From: Gekko japonicus
Lineage: Eukaryota
Assembly: GCF_001447785.1 (NCBI RefSeq)
Contig: NW_015169205.1
Span: forward strand, 281,420 to 345,419
Direction: 5' to 3'
DNA: 64,000 bases
Shown piece by piece: positions 12,716 to 25,630 of the stretch (position 1 is the first letter of the stretch; every line of letters starts with the position of its first letter). The position numbers and the translations under genes were made by a program. The notes beneath the pieces are model-generated. The model saw only the letters and a program-made list of their open reading frames with translations. It was not told the origin of the DNA and made no database searches.

Positions 12716-14741
12716 CCTATCCAGGCAGCTTACGAATGTAGTACTTTCAGAAAGAAAACCAGGTTTGAGAAAGAATGTACGGAGGATGGGGGAAGCCAAA
12801 GCAGAGAAAAACCTCCATGTGGATGCAGCCCTTACAGAAACAAACTGTTCCCACATGCAGTTTAATCAGGAAAGCACCAGAAGATGCAAATTCATACAAG
12901 ATCAAGGTTCATCCAAGCTTGCATAATTTATTGAAGAAGACCATGTGAATCCAATGGACCAGACACTGACTCACAACAGCCACAAGGCAACTGTAGCTAT
13001 GGGGTCAAGCTGCAGTTACAAAGTGCTTTGACACACCCAGCTGGAAGACTGCACTGGGTCACTGGGTCATGGAGCTGCCAAATTAGTCAACCAGCCATGG
13101 TTGCCACCTCAAGATAAGGAAGTGCAGTAATGGAAAGTTTGAACAAGAGGAAGGTGACTGGAGGAATGTAAAAGGAGAGTGCACCTCTCACCAAGTGCTT
13201 CCTTCCTTCCTTCTGAAAAGAAGGCTGTGAAGAGTAATTTCCATTACCATGTCAAAACAGTCTGATTCAGTCAGTCTGATCCTGCATCGATGCTTTGTGG
13301 TCAGCTGTTTGGCAAGACTGGCTGGGGAAGGGATGGGTGAAGAAATATCAGGCATGTCCCAACAAGCACAGAAGTAGAACCTGTAGCAATGTCCTGAGAA
13401 ATGGACAATTTGCCATAGCATGGATGAGCCGAGCATTCAAAGATGCCAGAGCACACATCAAATCACGTCACACTTAAGAGGACAGTAGGGCACAGATATT
13501 AAAGCTTACCATTGCTCATGAGAAACTGGAGCACAGACTAGTGAACTGACTTCTGCTGAGACACTCATGAATTCTTTTTACTTCATTCCCAGTAGTGAAG
13601 AAAGGCATTAAACTATAGACCAAGGGTGTCAAACATGTTGCCTGCGGGCCAGGTCCCTCCCCACAGGGCTCCTATCCAGCCCCTGAGCAATGGCTCTCTC
13701 CTGCTTCCTTCTCCAGTTCTGCTACTGCTGCATCACAGCTTGCTTTGTCAGACTCTCTAAATCGCATAGGAGAGATAGATAGGCAAGCCTCTGTTCTCTG
13801 CATTGGTTGAGGCTCCTCCCTCTCCTCCATCCAGGGATGGAATGAGCCAGAGATTGCTTTCTGGCCAATCGCACAGGAGACAAAGGCAACCTTTCTTCCC
13901 TTCCATTGGCTGAGGCTCCTTCTCTTCCTCCCCTTTGCTCAGCTGCCTCAATCGCACAGGAGAAATACAAAGCACCTTTAAGACCAATGCAGTTTTATTC
14001 AAGGTATGAGCTTTTGTGTGCCTTGCTACAGTGTGTGTGTGTATTTTGTTGAGCTTATTATGCTGTGGCTCTCCTGGGTGCAACTGGGTTTGCCTCCCCT
14101 TTATTAGTGTATTCATGCCCTCATGATCCAGCCTTTCTCAGTAGGAAAGCAATATGAACTATTTAGATGAGGAAATAACAAGCCAGTGAAGTGGACTGGG
14201 CTGAGAGTGTGTGTCCAGACCAAGTTCACCCAGCAAATTTCCTTTGTAGACTGGGGATTTTGAACTTCTATTTCCCAGGCTGATGCTATACATGGCTATC
14301 TCTCTTTTCTTGCACTGCCTAAAAAAAGTTACAGTTATTTTTCTGGGAAGACTACAGTTTTGTAGACAAACACATAGCCCTCACTCTATGTCATGGTGCC
14401 TTCACATGTTCTTGACCAGCACACAAAACAGTTTATGTACAAAAGCTTGCAATGCCCAGCCATTTGATAGTTTCCTCTGAATCCTAGGCTCAGAGCACTG
14501 ACCATGAGATTTCCGTAATGAATGTCAATAAATCAAAAGTAGGTTTGCAGCTTACAGATACACACCTGAACAGCACACTCAAGATTGCTACAGCACAGAC
14601 ATTTTGAAGCAATAATTCAGAGTAAGAGATGTTAGTTATCATAGACTGTTATGTGAACAAAATACTGCTAGAGTGCTAATGTTTTAAGCATGTTTTTATT
14701 AAACTGAGAGCCAGTTTGTTTTAAGCATGTTTTATTAAACT

Positions 14742-15021
14742 GAGAGCCAGTTTGGTGTAGTGGTTAAGTGTGCAGACTCTAATCTGGGAGAACTGGGTTT
14801 GATTCCCCACTCCTCCACTTGCACCTGGCTGGATGACCTTGGGCAAGCCGTAGTTCTGATAAGAGCTGTACTTGAAAAAGAGCAGTTTCTGTCAGAGCTC
14901 TCTCAGCCCCACCTACCTCACAGGGTGTCTGTTGTGGGGAGGGGAAGGGAAAGGAGTTTGTAAGCCGCTCTGAGACACCTTTGGGTAGTGAAGGACGGGG
15001 TATAAATCCAATCTCTTCTTC
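14742..15021 (+). mobile_element. tRNA-derived SINE (Squam3-like)
   Basis: gagagccagtttggtgtagtggttaag head (A box), gggtttgattcccc (B box), (tct)n tail; near-identical copies at 18958-19238(-) and 62975-63295(+). Confidence 0.85.
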
Positions 15022-15060
15022 TCAAGTTTTAAAAATCTTTAATTGTGTTTGTATCCTTTA

Positions 15061-15266
15061 CAGTGTTCTCTCTAAGCTGAGTTAGTGTGAGCTAGCTCAC
15101 AGGTTTTTAGCCTCCAGCTCATAGATTTTTGTCTTAGCTCAGGAAGAACGGCTCCAGAGCAAACTAATTTATGCCGTAGTCAAACCGTCTGCTCACAACT
15201 TTAATGCCAGTAGCTCACAAAGTAGCATTTTTGCTCACAAGGTTCTGCAGCTTAGAGGGAACATTG
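15061..15266. mobile_element. hAT MITE family A, copy 2
   Basis: TSD ATCCTTTA. Confidence 0.9.
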
Positions 15267-15610
15267 ATCCTTTATAAAATTTATATCTCTGCTACCTGAC
15301 ATTCTATTTTATGACACACATGGCCCAGCCCGACAAGGTCTCATTTATTGCACACCCCTGCTATAGACACTTATTAAATACTTTCTTTATTCCTACTTGT
15401 AAAATAATGTTGCTATTGCTGCAAACTTTCAAAGTTAATCTGCCTCACTAAGGTTTACCATCACAAAAAAGAGCAAAATTATTATAAAATAAGATGTGTG
15501 GAATGAGACCGTACAAATAGAATGCACTAGGAAACTGAAGCAGTCAGATAAAGCCCGTGAAAAAGTTCAGTTTTGGGTCACGTGCAATTTGGGTGTTGCA
15601 TGTACACCTT

Positions 15611-15831
15611 GCCCTGACCTAGATAGCCTGATCTTGTCAGATATCAGAAACTACACAGGGTCAGCCCTGGCTAGTATTTGGATAGGAGACCTCCGTCACC
15701 TCCAAGAAATACCAGGATCATGATGTGGAGGCAGGCAATGGCAAACCATCTCCGAACATCTCTTGCCCTGAAAACCATACAGAGTCATCATAAGTCATCT
15801 ATGACTTGACAGCAAACAAACAAACAAAAAA
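15611..15831 (+). mobile_element. 5S rRNA-derived SINE with RTE-type tail
   Basis: cctgatcttgtcagatatcagaaactacacagggtcagccctggctagtatttggataggagacc matches the 5S internal control region; TSD GTACACCTT; copies at 50175-50401(-) and 62700-62914(-). Confidence 0.85.
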
Positions 15832-17519
15832 GTACACCTTAAAGCCACGAAACAGAATATATATATACTAGGGTTGTCAACTCCAGCTTGGGAAATTCCT
15901 GGATATTTAGGGGTGGAGCCTGGAGAAGGGCCTCAGTAGTGTACAATGTCATAGAGTCTACTCTCCAAAGAGGCCATTTTCTCCAGGTGAACTCATCTGT
16001 GTCATCTGGAGATCAGTGGGTAACTCCTGGAGATCTCCAGGCCTGGAGGTTGGCAACCCTGATACTGATATATAGAATAAGAAACTGTACAAAGCTCCCA
16101 TCCCTGTGAGAAAATGGACCATGAATATCACACATAAAATATGAAAAGAAATGAACACTGTGGCCACTTATATGATTGCTATATTGACTTAGAGAGCAAA
16201 GCAAACAAGTTTGTTAATCAGTACAAAGCAGAGGACTGACTGTGCTTGAGTCATGCATTGGGCAGGGGTAGAGCAATCTAGACTTCCTTGCTCTTTTTAT
16301 TTCCTAGACATTAGTAGAAGGCTAAGCAAGAGCTAACAGCTCCCCGATTCTGCCAAGTCTACACTTTTTTTTTTACTGTACATGAACATTCTTTACTTAT
16401 AACTCCTCCCCCAAACACTCCTACGTATATATAATTCTGAACTGAGGATTTCTGTGGGGAAAAAATATGAAGTATATAGAGACTCTGGTGCAGTCACACA
16501 TGTCCTCCCCTGTCAATCTTAAGGATTTTGCTGCCGCTCTGGGATAGGCTAGGGTATTTAGCAGAGTGAATATAAACCTAGGGTGCCCCTCAAAACATTT
16601 AACTATTTTGGCCCATACAGAAAAAGATCTCATAGATTTCTTGCTCCTGAGATACCCAAGCACCCTAAGAATCCTGCTGGCTCCCTTTCAGGCCTCCAAG
16701 TTCTCACTCTGACTACGGCCATGAGAATATCAAGGAATTCTCTTGCATCCCACCTTCTGGACGGATTGCAATCGCACCCAGTATTGGCTCAAATACAAAC
16801 TTTTTGATAAAAATGGAATTACTGCTGTGCAATGTTCGACTTATGCACTTAAAACCCATGGCTCCATTTGAGGCCACCACAGCAAATTTGACCAAACCTG
16901 AAAATAATTAAATTTAGTTCTTTGAATATCAGCTGTGATTCCCCTTCCCCACCACCTCTCTTTACAAGTCATCCACCAATAAAAGGCCAGAAGTCCTCAC
17001 AAATAAACTGGGGCTGGTTTTAGTCCCAGCTATGATTTTAAATGGGAACCTTGAGAGTAGAAAAATAATATTTTTTTAAAAAAGGACTCAAGTAGTTATT
17101 ACAGACTCCAGCCAAGTATTACACATGAAAAAGGAACATTTTGTTTGGCCACCTCTATCCTGACCCAAAGTAGCTGCTAAAGTTCTAGCTTCAAGTTTCC
17201 CACAACGTGGGGGAAATAACAACATAGAGAACTAGTAACATTTTAGAAAATAAAAATTACTGTAAAACAATCTTGAAGAGGTTTATAATAATGATCACCT
17301 ACACTGGCACATGCCAATGCATATTCTTCCCACTAACCCCCCCCCCTTCGCCTCCATTCCCACCGTTTGTTGCCTCTAACTGTACACTCCTGAGGCAGGT
17401 TCCAGTCTGCTCATCTCTCCAATATAATAACCGTAATTTGGGGTGGCAAGATTTGATACACTCCAAAATCAGTTGGCTGCCTGAACTGCCTCTCAGAACT
17501 TCTGCCAATCCCCTGGGTG

Positions 17520-18260
17520 CATTGGGTGGCTGCGTGGCCTGAGTCCCGCCCACACAGCTGGCAGCCAGTGTCTCGTCCTCATTCTGGAGGGAGCCGCCGA
17601 AGGGGATGGACGCTCCGCCAGGACTCAGGCAAAGGTCTCGCTGAAGTCTTGCATTCCCAGTTCCATGGCCAGCTCCAGGTGTGCTGCCAGCCAGCCGCCG
17701 CACGCCTTCTTGACAGCCGGGAACTGGAGCAGGTCGGCAGCGCACAGGAGGCGCTCACTCAGCTCCGGCCCCAGCCACGCCATGTGGCTCGTGTACCCGA
17801 AGTCGAGCAGCAGTGCCAGGCACTCTGCCTCCACACCGTGCAGCCACACCCGCTCCGTCCACGCCTCCTGCCGCCACCACCCGAACAGGGCGCAGAAGTA
17901 GCCCGAGGCTGCCGCCGCCGCCGCCACCACAGCCTGCTGGGCCCTGAACTCCTGCCCGCCACCAGCGTCACATCCAGCAGCCACCACTCGCCCACAAGGC
18001 AGCCATGGCTGCAGAAGCGCCGTCCCGTGCGCCTCCGCCACCATCTCCATCCTCTGCGCCGCCACATGCGCACACACACAACACACAAAGACGTGCCCAC
18101 TGCCACCACCTCCCTGCAGGCACCCGGCTGCCCCTTGACCGGCTCCTCCCTCCTGAGAGGATGGGCCACTGGCCAGCTCCCAGATTGGCTCGCTCGCTGG
18201 CTGGCTGGCTGGCTGGAGGAGAAAAAACAGCCCAAGAGGGGGCTGCCAGGCGCTAGCTTG
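17520..18260 (-). pseudogene. KLHL21-like (BTB/BACK) pseudogene fragment with GC-rich 5' flank; ATG at 18050
   Basis: ORF 17625..18314(-) contains AASGYFCALF..ERVWLHGVEAECLALLLDFGYT..LLCAADLLQFPAVKKACG..MQDFSETFA, closely matching KLHL21 (AASPYFRAMF..ERVRLHGV..LLLDFSYT..LLRAADLLQFPAVKEACG..MQDFAEAF). LLDVTL lies in another frame (frameshifts), and there is a premature TGA at 17625-17627. Confidence 0.85.
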
Positions 18261-18957
18261 TAGCCCCCTTGGAATGTCTTCCAAGTGAGGGGTGTGTTCC
18301 CTTTGGACCAGCACTCAATACGACAGCTCGAGTGGTCTCTACGGTTGCCAACCCCCAGGTGGACCCTAGAGAGCTCCTGGAAATGCAAACGATCTCCGGA
18401 CTGCACGGATCAGTTCCCCTGGAGACAACGGTAGCTTTGTAAAGGTAGACTCTGTTGCATTATACCCCACTGAGATCCTTCCCCAAACCCCAGAATACAA
18501 GAAAAAACAATTTACAAGCCTTAGTACATGCCTATCATCTTGCATTAGCAGAGTAAATAGCTGTAATTCTGTTGAAAATACAAGACAGCTAAAGCCTTTG
18601 TTAACATTTCCACTTTTCTCCTGTAGTTCTTTAAATGCCATCTCTTTTACATTGAGCCCCTGCAAGGAGAAAACATTAAAGGTGGTAACCTCCCCCACCC
18701 CACACCCACACCCTGACTGCCCCTGGAGTTGGCCTTTGTTGCCTGACAAGGCAATAATACAGATAGTAACCTTTCTCTTGAATTGTGGCTGTGTTGCTGA
18801 GACCTGTGTTAATCCAGCCAGTGTCTGTGTGCTCCTTCTTGCTCTGATGTTGCGCAATGTTATGATACCAAGTTGGTAAGCTGGTACATTGTATTGATCT
18901 TGCTAGCGCTCATTGTATTCCTTTTACAACAAGCTTTGCGACTAGTACTTTATAAAA

Positions 18958-19238
18958 AAGAAGAAGAAGAAGAGATTGGATTTATACCCCGCCCTTCACT
19001 CAGAGTCTCAGAGCAGCTTACAAACTCCTTTCCCTTCCCCTCCCCACAACAGACACCCTGTGAGGTAGGTGGGGCTGAGAGAGCTCTGAGAGAAACTGCT
19101 CTTTTTTCAAGGACAGCTCTGACAGAACTATGGCTTGCCCAAAGTCATCCAGCAGCTGTGACTGGAGGAGTGGGGAATCAAACCTGGTTCTCCCAGATTA
19201 GAGTCCGTGCACTTAACCACTACACCAAACTGGCTCTC
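18958..19238 (-). mobile_element. tRNA-derived SINE (Squam3-like)
   Basis: Reverse complement of the 14742 copy; (aag)n tail. Confidence 0.85.
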
Positions 19239-21600
19239 AGCATCACACACACATAAAGCATCACACTCACTGATGTCACTACATAAATAAACAGCTTCTC
19301 AGAAACATCACAAACAGGCTAGAGCTTCTGTTTGGTGCTAACACTTCAACTGGCATTCAAACCTCTCAGTCTAACCAACCTCATAGGTTGTTAGGAAGGA
19401 GAAACATGATTTTACCCCCTCCGAGCCCCTTCGAGGATAATGCATACTGTTCCTCCAGCAAAGCCAAGCAGTCTCACATCTGAGCACTTTTATCTCTAAG
19501 GATGGAAATCATATTAACATATGAACATGCATAAGGTAGGAAATCATAACATAGACGCAGGGAGTACAAAATCTGATGTCTTTCATCTGGTCAAAATGTG
19601 TCAGGCACACAGGACTCCCAGGTGAGTTTGTTTAAATGTTAGAAAGGATTTCAAGGTAATGAGTCCAGAGAATACATTTACTAATCCTGGAAGGACTTCC
19701 ACAGTGGTGTGTCCTTTGTATTTGGTAGGTGTTGATATTATAGTTCCTAACCACTAAGCCTTTAAGTAAATTCCTGCTACTGCTTTAGCTAGGATGTAAA
19801 GTTCTGCCAGAATTATTCATTTCACCTTCTAAAAAGACCAAGGCTGGTATCATAGCCTAGACTACCCTTGTCAATACAGAAGTCCAGCCTCTGTAGGTTG
19901 TAGAACCACACAGTGAGTGGTTCAATACAGCATCCTGAAATAAGTTCCTATCCTTTACAAAGAGCCCTACAGCACTGTCAGTGCCACCCTGTGCAGAGTT
20001 GTACCTTTCTAAGTCCCTGGAAGTCAATGGGCTTAGAGGGGTGCAACACTGGTCCCCCTATTTGTATGGCACTGTGTTTTCTGGCAAAACCAAGAAGGAC
20101 CACTCATTTGCCATGAAAACACAGTGCCAATACTCAGTTATATAGACATTCTGGGACTATCAGGGGAAACAGAGCTTGTTACTCAAATTCCTGTATCCAA
20201 GGATTCTTTTCTCTGACTCTGTGCATAATAGGTTCAGTGAGCATCAGTCTTATAAGAAGCATAAAGCTGTTTCCACTACCCTTTGAACCATGGAGAAGAT
20301 TAACCATGCAGCTGCTGAAAAGTACATGTGACAATCATTGACAGGCACTCTACAGCAGTCCTAATAGCAAATAAAACTCTCCTGGGGGAAGAACTGAATA
20401 TTGCCCAGGAACAAAACACTGTGGCTAGGTTACTGGGCATATGTGGCATTTCTACAACAGAAGTGCAACCTGAAAGGAATACACATGAACTGTATATTGC
20501 ACATTAGAAACAGCCATTGTGCTCTAAAAATGTATCTTTGTGACATATACTGCGTATAGGGTCATTGCAGTAGGTGTCTGTGAACAAGACTTGGAGACTG
20601 TAGCTTCACCCATTCCCTGTCCTTCTCAATGACGGAACTTGTCTTTCAGCCAACACCCACGTAAGGATGCAGAGGGAGCAGGAAGAGGGAGTGACTAAAT
20701 TTTATTGCATAATCCACAGGCTGAAATCACAAAACCAAATAAACCATGTCATCCATTCATCCTGCCAACACAGTTTGTTTTGCTTGTGTATGCCTAAGCA
20801 GATAGGGAGGAGGGTGTGTGTGCCCAGCAATCAGGTCTCAGCCGGCCCAGATTTTACTCAAATATGCTTCTCATCCTATTCCTATCGCATGCTATTATGA
20901 CCCAAGCACTTTTCAAGGTCCCCCCCCCCAAGTACTGCTTTTGAACAGGAGCAATGAACTCCTTCACTTTCTCCCCCTAAGTATGCACGCAGTTTAATCA
21001 GAAGATTAGTCAACAGAATCTTTAACTTTAATCGATGAAGCTGACCGTGGAGGCACATTTGCTGTTTATCTGCTGAAGCTACCTTGATTCTCGTTATTAA
21101 GCAAGGTATGAAAAAGGGGGGGAAAGGAAATATAGTTCTCTGTTTAACACTGAGAGATAGCTCTTTATATCACATTCCTGTATTTGCTCATTCAGAAAAA
21201 TAGCTTTACATTGCTATTCCTAAGCAGTTACACCCTTCTAAGCCTATGGACTTCAATGGGCTTAGAAGGGTATAACTCTTTCCAGGACTACACAATGCCA
21301 ATAAGTACACCACTTTCTCTTACCCCTTTCTTTTTATATATAATCTCCCAGTTACTTTAATTTTTAGCCCTATTCAGAAGTTACATTTGGCAACAGTGGG
21401 AGCACTGAACATTGAATGCACTTAAAGAATGGACTGGATCATGTCCACTGGCATATCCCCTATGTGTGTTCAGCATAACATCTGAACGAGCTTCTGCACA
21501 TACAGTTTGATATGCAAAGGCTCTGTATGTGCAGAGATACTGCATTGTGCAGTTTCCTGACCATGAATATGCACAGGCTCTTTGAGAGATTATGCTAAAT

Positions 21601-23090
21601 CAGGGGTGGCCAAACCGCAGCATGGGAGCCGCATGTGGCTCTTTCACACACATGTTGTGCGGCTCCCGGCAGAACGGCTGGGAAAGCAAAGGGAAGGCAG
21701 GCCTTCCCGATTGGTCTTCCCTTCCCCAGCCAGTGTTCCCCTCCCTGGATAGGCTTGAGGTGGGGGGGGGGGAGAAGCAGAGAAAGAAAGCAACTTTAAA
21801 TGCATTCTCAAAGCCCCCTCCCTGCCAGTCAGCTTGGAGAAGGCATTTGTCTCTTTAATTTAATTTTCACATTTATATTCCGCCCTCCCCACGAATGGGC
21901 TCAGGGCGGATCACAATCAAAACTTAGGCCTTGCAGCATCACAACAACATAGTAATAATAATAAATTAAAAACTATTAAAACAACACTAAGACAATATTT
22001 AAATCCCTTCTCCAAGCCAGCCAGCCAGCTTGGGGGCAGGGGCTTGAAGGATGCATTTAAAGTTAAAGTTGCTTTCTTTCCACCTCTCCCTCCCTCCCTC
22101 ATCAATTTGCTTTCTTTCCACTTTCTTTCTTTCCACCATTTTCTCTCTCTCTCTTTCTCTCCTCCCTCCCCATCTAAAGTTAAATGTATTCGTCTAGCCC
22201 TGCCCCACTGCCTCTCTGGCAGGCTTGGCTCAGAGAAGGCATTTGTCTCTTTCCGAGCCAAGCTGGCACAGCAGCAGAGGTGGGGGGACTTGGAGCACAT
22301 TTCAAGTTAAAGGCATTCTCCAAGCCCCTGTACCGTGGCCCTGCTTGCCGTCTTGGAGAAGGCATTTGTCTCCTTAAATCCCTTATCCAAGCCAAGCTGA
22401 CTGGCATGGGTTTGGAGAACACATTTAACTTTATTTCTTTTCACCTTTCCTTCTCTCCCCCTCTTCCTCCCTCCCTCTCCCTCATCTATTTGCTTTCTTT
22501 GTTTCTCTCTCTCTCTTCCTTCCTTCCCCTCCCCACCATATATTTGCTTTCTGTTTCTCTTTCTCTCTCCTTTCTTTCCACCTCTTTCATTCTTTCCACC
22601 TTTCTCTTTTTCCCTTCCTCCCCCCCATTTATTTATTCTTTGTTTTTTCCTCTCTGTCTTCTCTCCCCTCCCATTTATTTATTCTTTGTTTTTTCCTCTC
22701 TGTCTTTCTCTCTCTCTCTTCCACATTCCTCCCTCCTTCCCCATCTATTTGCTTTCTTTCCACCTTTCTTTCTCTGTCTCCCTTTCTTTCTCCCTCCCTC
22801 CCCCATTTATTTGCTTTCTTTGTTTCTCTCTCTCTCTCCACCTCTTTCATTCTTTAGCAAACAAATCAATATTATTGGACAAATAAATATCATTGGACAA
22901 ATCAATATCATTAATAAATGTCATTATCAGTATCTGTTTTTACCCCTTTTGTTTTTTATTTTTGGCAGTCTCTTTAATGTTAATAAAAAGCATATTTGCA
23001 TAATTTCCAATAAAATGTGTCTGTAATATTCACATCTTGCAGCTCTCAAAAATATGTGGCTCTTATGTTAAGCAGGTCTGGCCAGCCCTG
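21601..23090. mobile_element. Non-autonomous hAT (Charlie-like) element with internal repeats and CT-rich tract
   Basis: TIR caggggtggccaaac / gtctggccagccctg; TSD TGCTAAAT (21593-21600, 23091-23098). Confidence 0.88.
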
Positions 23091-25198
23091 TGCTAAATTT
23101 ACGTATGGGCAGAGCACGCAGACATCATCCCACTCCCCCCTGTAATGTGTTTACAGTCCTTTTGTCCTTTCCACTTTGTCTTTATTTCCTGCATCATCTC
23201 TCTCTGCCATGCCCAGGTTATTTTCCTCCCTAGTTCAGACCTCCCATTTCTGCTTTTTAATCTGCATTGCATAGATTTCTGATTTGTGGTATAACCCGTA
23301 ATGACCACATTGGTCCTAGATTTTGGGAAATACAAAATCTGGGCTCAGCGTCAGAGCCCAAAAGGGGCTCTGTCCTGGGATTCACCATACAATAATGAAC
23401 TTGAAACTAAGTGCTTTTCCTTCAGGGTTTAAATCTGTTGCAGTGGTACCAAGTAGAACACAATGGAAAGACACTGTTAGTGACTGTACCTCTCTTAGGG
23501 TCCAAACAGGGCAGGAACATAATGAATGTTGCTCAGATAATAATATGCTGCATATATTAAGCACATTCTCAAAGATCAAAGCCTAGAACTTTGTACATCT
23601 GCAAACTCTTGGCTAAGTATTTCACTTTCCAGTATGTTTTTAATTAATAAAAGTAATGATAGCCAAATCTTTTGGGCTTGCTGTCAACAAAAAATAGCAG
23701 GTCAATATATGGAATACTAAATTCCAGTATTATTTGAGCTATACAGTCCAATTCCCTCCTCTGTTTTGTGGGAGATGTGAATCACACAAGTCCATTTATT
23801 TATTTCAGCCATTATTTTACTGAGGGTTTTTTTTTTCTGAAAACAAGGCAGTCTCTAACAATGAAACTCAAATTCATATAGGTTCCACCTTTTTCTTAGG
23901 ACCAGTACTGGTGATACTTCTTATTCTCTTTACTCATGAGAAGAATCAGGTCCCATAAGTAAAATATTATATGGTTCAGGATCTCAGCCCTAGCTCATTC
24001 ACAATCTGCAGGTATATTTTTGAGATTCTGGAGATCACAGAAGTAAACTTGGTTGAGATCCCAGAGCTTTGGGTTTATACACTAATTCCCATGAGAAAAC
24101 AACTCCCACCAGCAAAGTCGCAGCTCCAAAAATAAAACCTAAAGCAGTTCTCACACAATTTAGAGCTGCCACTGCAACTTAATCATGCACCATTAATAAA
24201 ACACTCCTCTGGTTGGTACCCAAGCAAATCAGCTGAAGCACACAGGGGCAACAGACACATCAGCTTCAAGGCAATGTAGCTTTTTAAAAATCTCTCTCTC
24301 CCCATCTGTTCAGTCCAAAAAAGACCAGGCTATAAGCACACTCCCAACCCTTGTAGGCCAACAGAAGAAAGGTGATTTTAAAAGAGGACTTCCAAGCTGC
24401 CTATACGTCAGAATGGGTGTGAACCTCCTGGATTCCAGCCATTACTACTGAATACCAAGTTTGCCAATGAACTGTTTGCCCTCAAGATGAATCACTGTCT
24501 TGCTAAGCATCCCGGTTTTACCTTCCTATACAAAAGGAAAGTGATAATAATGCTATCAGGCATTGACTGGGCATCAGATAATTACTCTTGCGCGCACACA
24601 AAAGCCAGGCCCCTTCCAAGAAACAGAGGCACATTTTTTCAGCAGGTAGCCATGAAAGAATCTCAGGTGCTGCAGAATGGTAATGAAGTTGACAGTCACA
24701 GAACAATATAATTTCACAGCTTTTATAATAGTGGATTTTTTAGAATAGAAAGCTTCAAAGACACAAGGTGAGGAAGAAAAACGTTTGGGAAAGCTGGCAG
24801 AAAATTTAAGTTGAATCAGACAGCACAGTCCTAAACTGAGTTATACCAATTGACCTGAGTGGACTCAGAAGAGGGTAAGCCAATTTAGGATTGCACTCTA
24901 AATACACTGGAATTATGAGAAAACCCAGTCTTCTGCAAGGTGACTTACCTGCTAAAACCCTACTACTATACCATTTCCATGCTGCTGTAAGTGCTTTATG
25001 GAAAACTAACAAGAAGGATTCTTATTAAAGTTGAAAAATCTCTCCTGGACATTTGGAGAGATTTTCTATATTGACACATAAAACAAGGTTTGATTAGCAC
25101 TTCCTAAACTAAACAAAATGACAGAATTCCTCTTTATATGCAATACAGTGGCAAAACTGGCATTACGTTCTTCCCTTCTCCCCTATAGTGCATAGGAA

Positions 25199-25630
25199 TA
25201 GGGATGGGCATGAGCTGCACTTCTGCAGATCCATTCAGTTCATGGCCAAACCATGAACTGAAACATGATCTGATACAAACCAAGAGGTTGGTTTGCAAAC
25301 CAAACTGGTTTGTATCAGTTTGTGACCCCTTTCTGCTCCTGCCATTTTTTGTGGGGAGCAAGACGCTGGGGTTTTCCTGTGAAAAGCAGTGGGGAGCAGA
25401 AAGCAAGGGTTTAAGTGGCTCAGAGCCATTTAAACCCCTGCTTTCAGCTCCCCACCGCAGAGCTGCTTTCTGCTCTTCACAGACCATCACAAACTGCCTT
25501 AAAATTCGTGGGAGTTCATGGCAGCTCTTCAGTTTGCAAACATCGCTTTGCAAATGCTGAGGGTGAAATGCTGAACTGCCCAAAATTGATCATGAACTTG
25601 CATTTGTGAGCTGGTTCGTGCCCATCCCTA
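25199..25630. mobile_element. Palindromic hAT MITE (TAGGGATGGGCA TIR)
   Basis: TSD CATAGGAA; internal hairpin centred at ~25420; a related right end lies at 59203. Confidence 0.88.

Larger units (their letters stand above)
13621..15360. mobile_element. Non-autonomous hAT (Charlie-like) element with nested SINE, MITE and Penelope piece
   Basis: Ends caagggtgtc...cacacccctg; 8-bp TSD CTATAGAC (13613-13620, 15361-15368). Confidence 0.85.

Noticed and set aside
13188-13436. Possible MST1R second coding exon (CWDMP motif)
   Set aside because: Lacks the expected VDLFNG...HLGT..GR motifs and has the wrong phase; no later RON exon (NFSLG, CGWC) was found in 1-26 kb.
15620-15720. 5S rRNA gene
   Set aside because: Diverged, lacks the 5S 5' end, and has a retroelement tail and TSD, so it is a SINE head.
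17517-18263. 248-aa plus-strand ORF
   Set aside because: Antisense shadow of the GC-rich KLHL21-like pseudogene.
22184-23026. 280-aa hydrophobic ORF (L/S/F/P-rich)
   Set aside because: Translation of a CT-rich low-complexity tract inside a hAT element.
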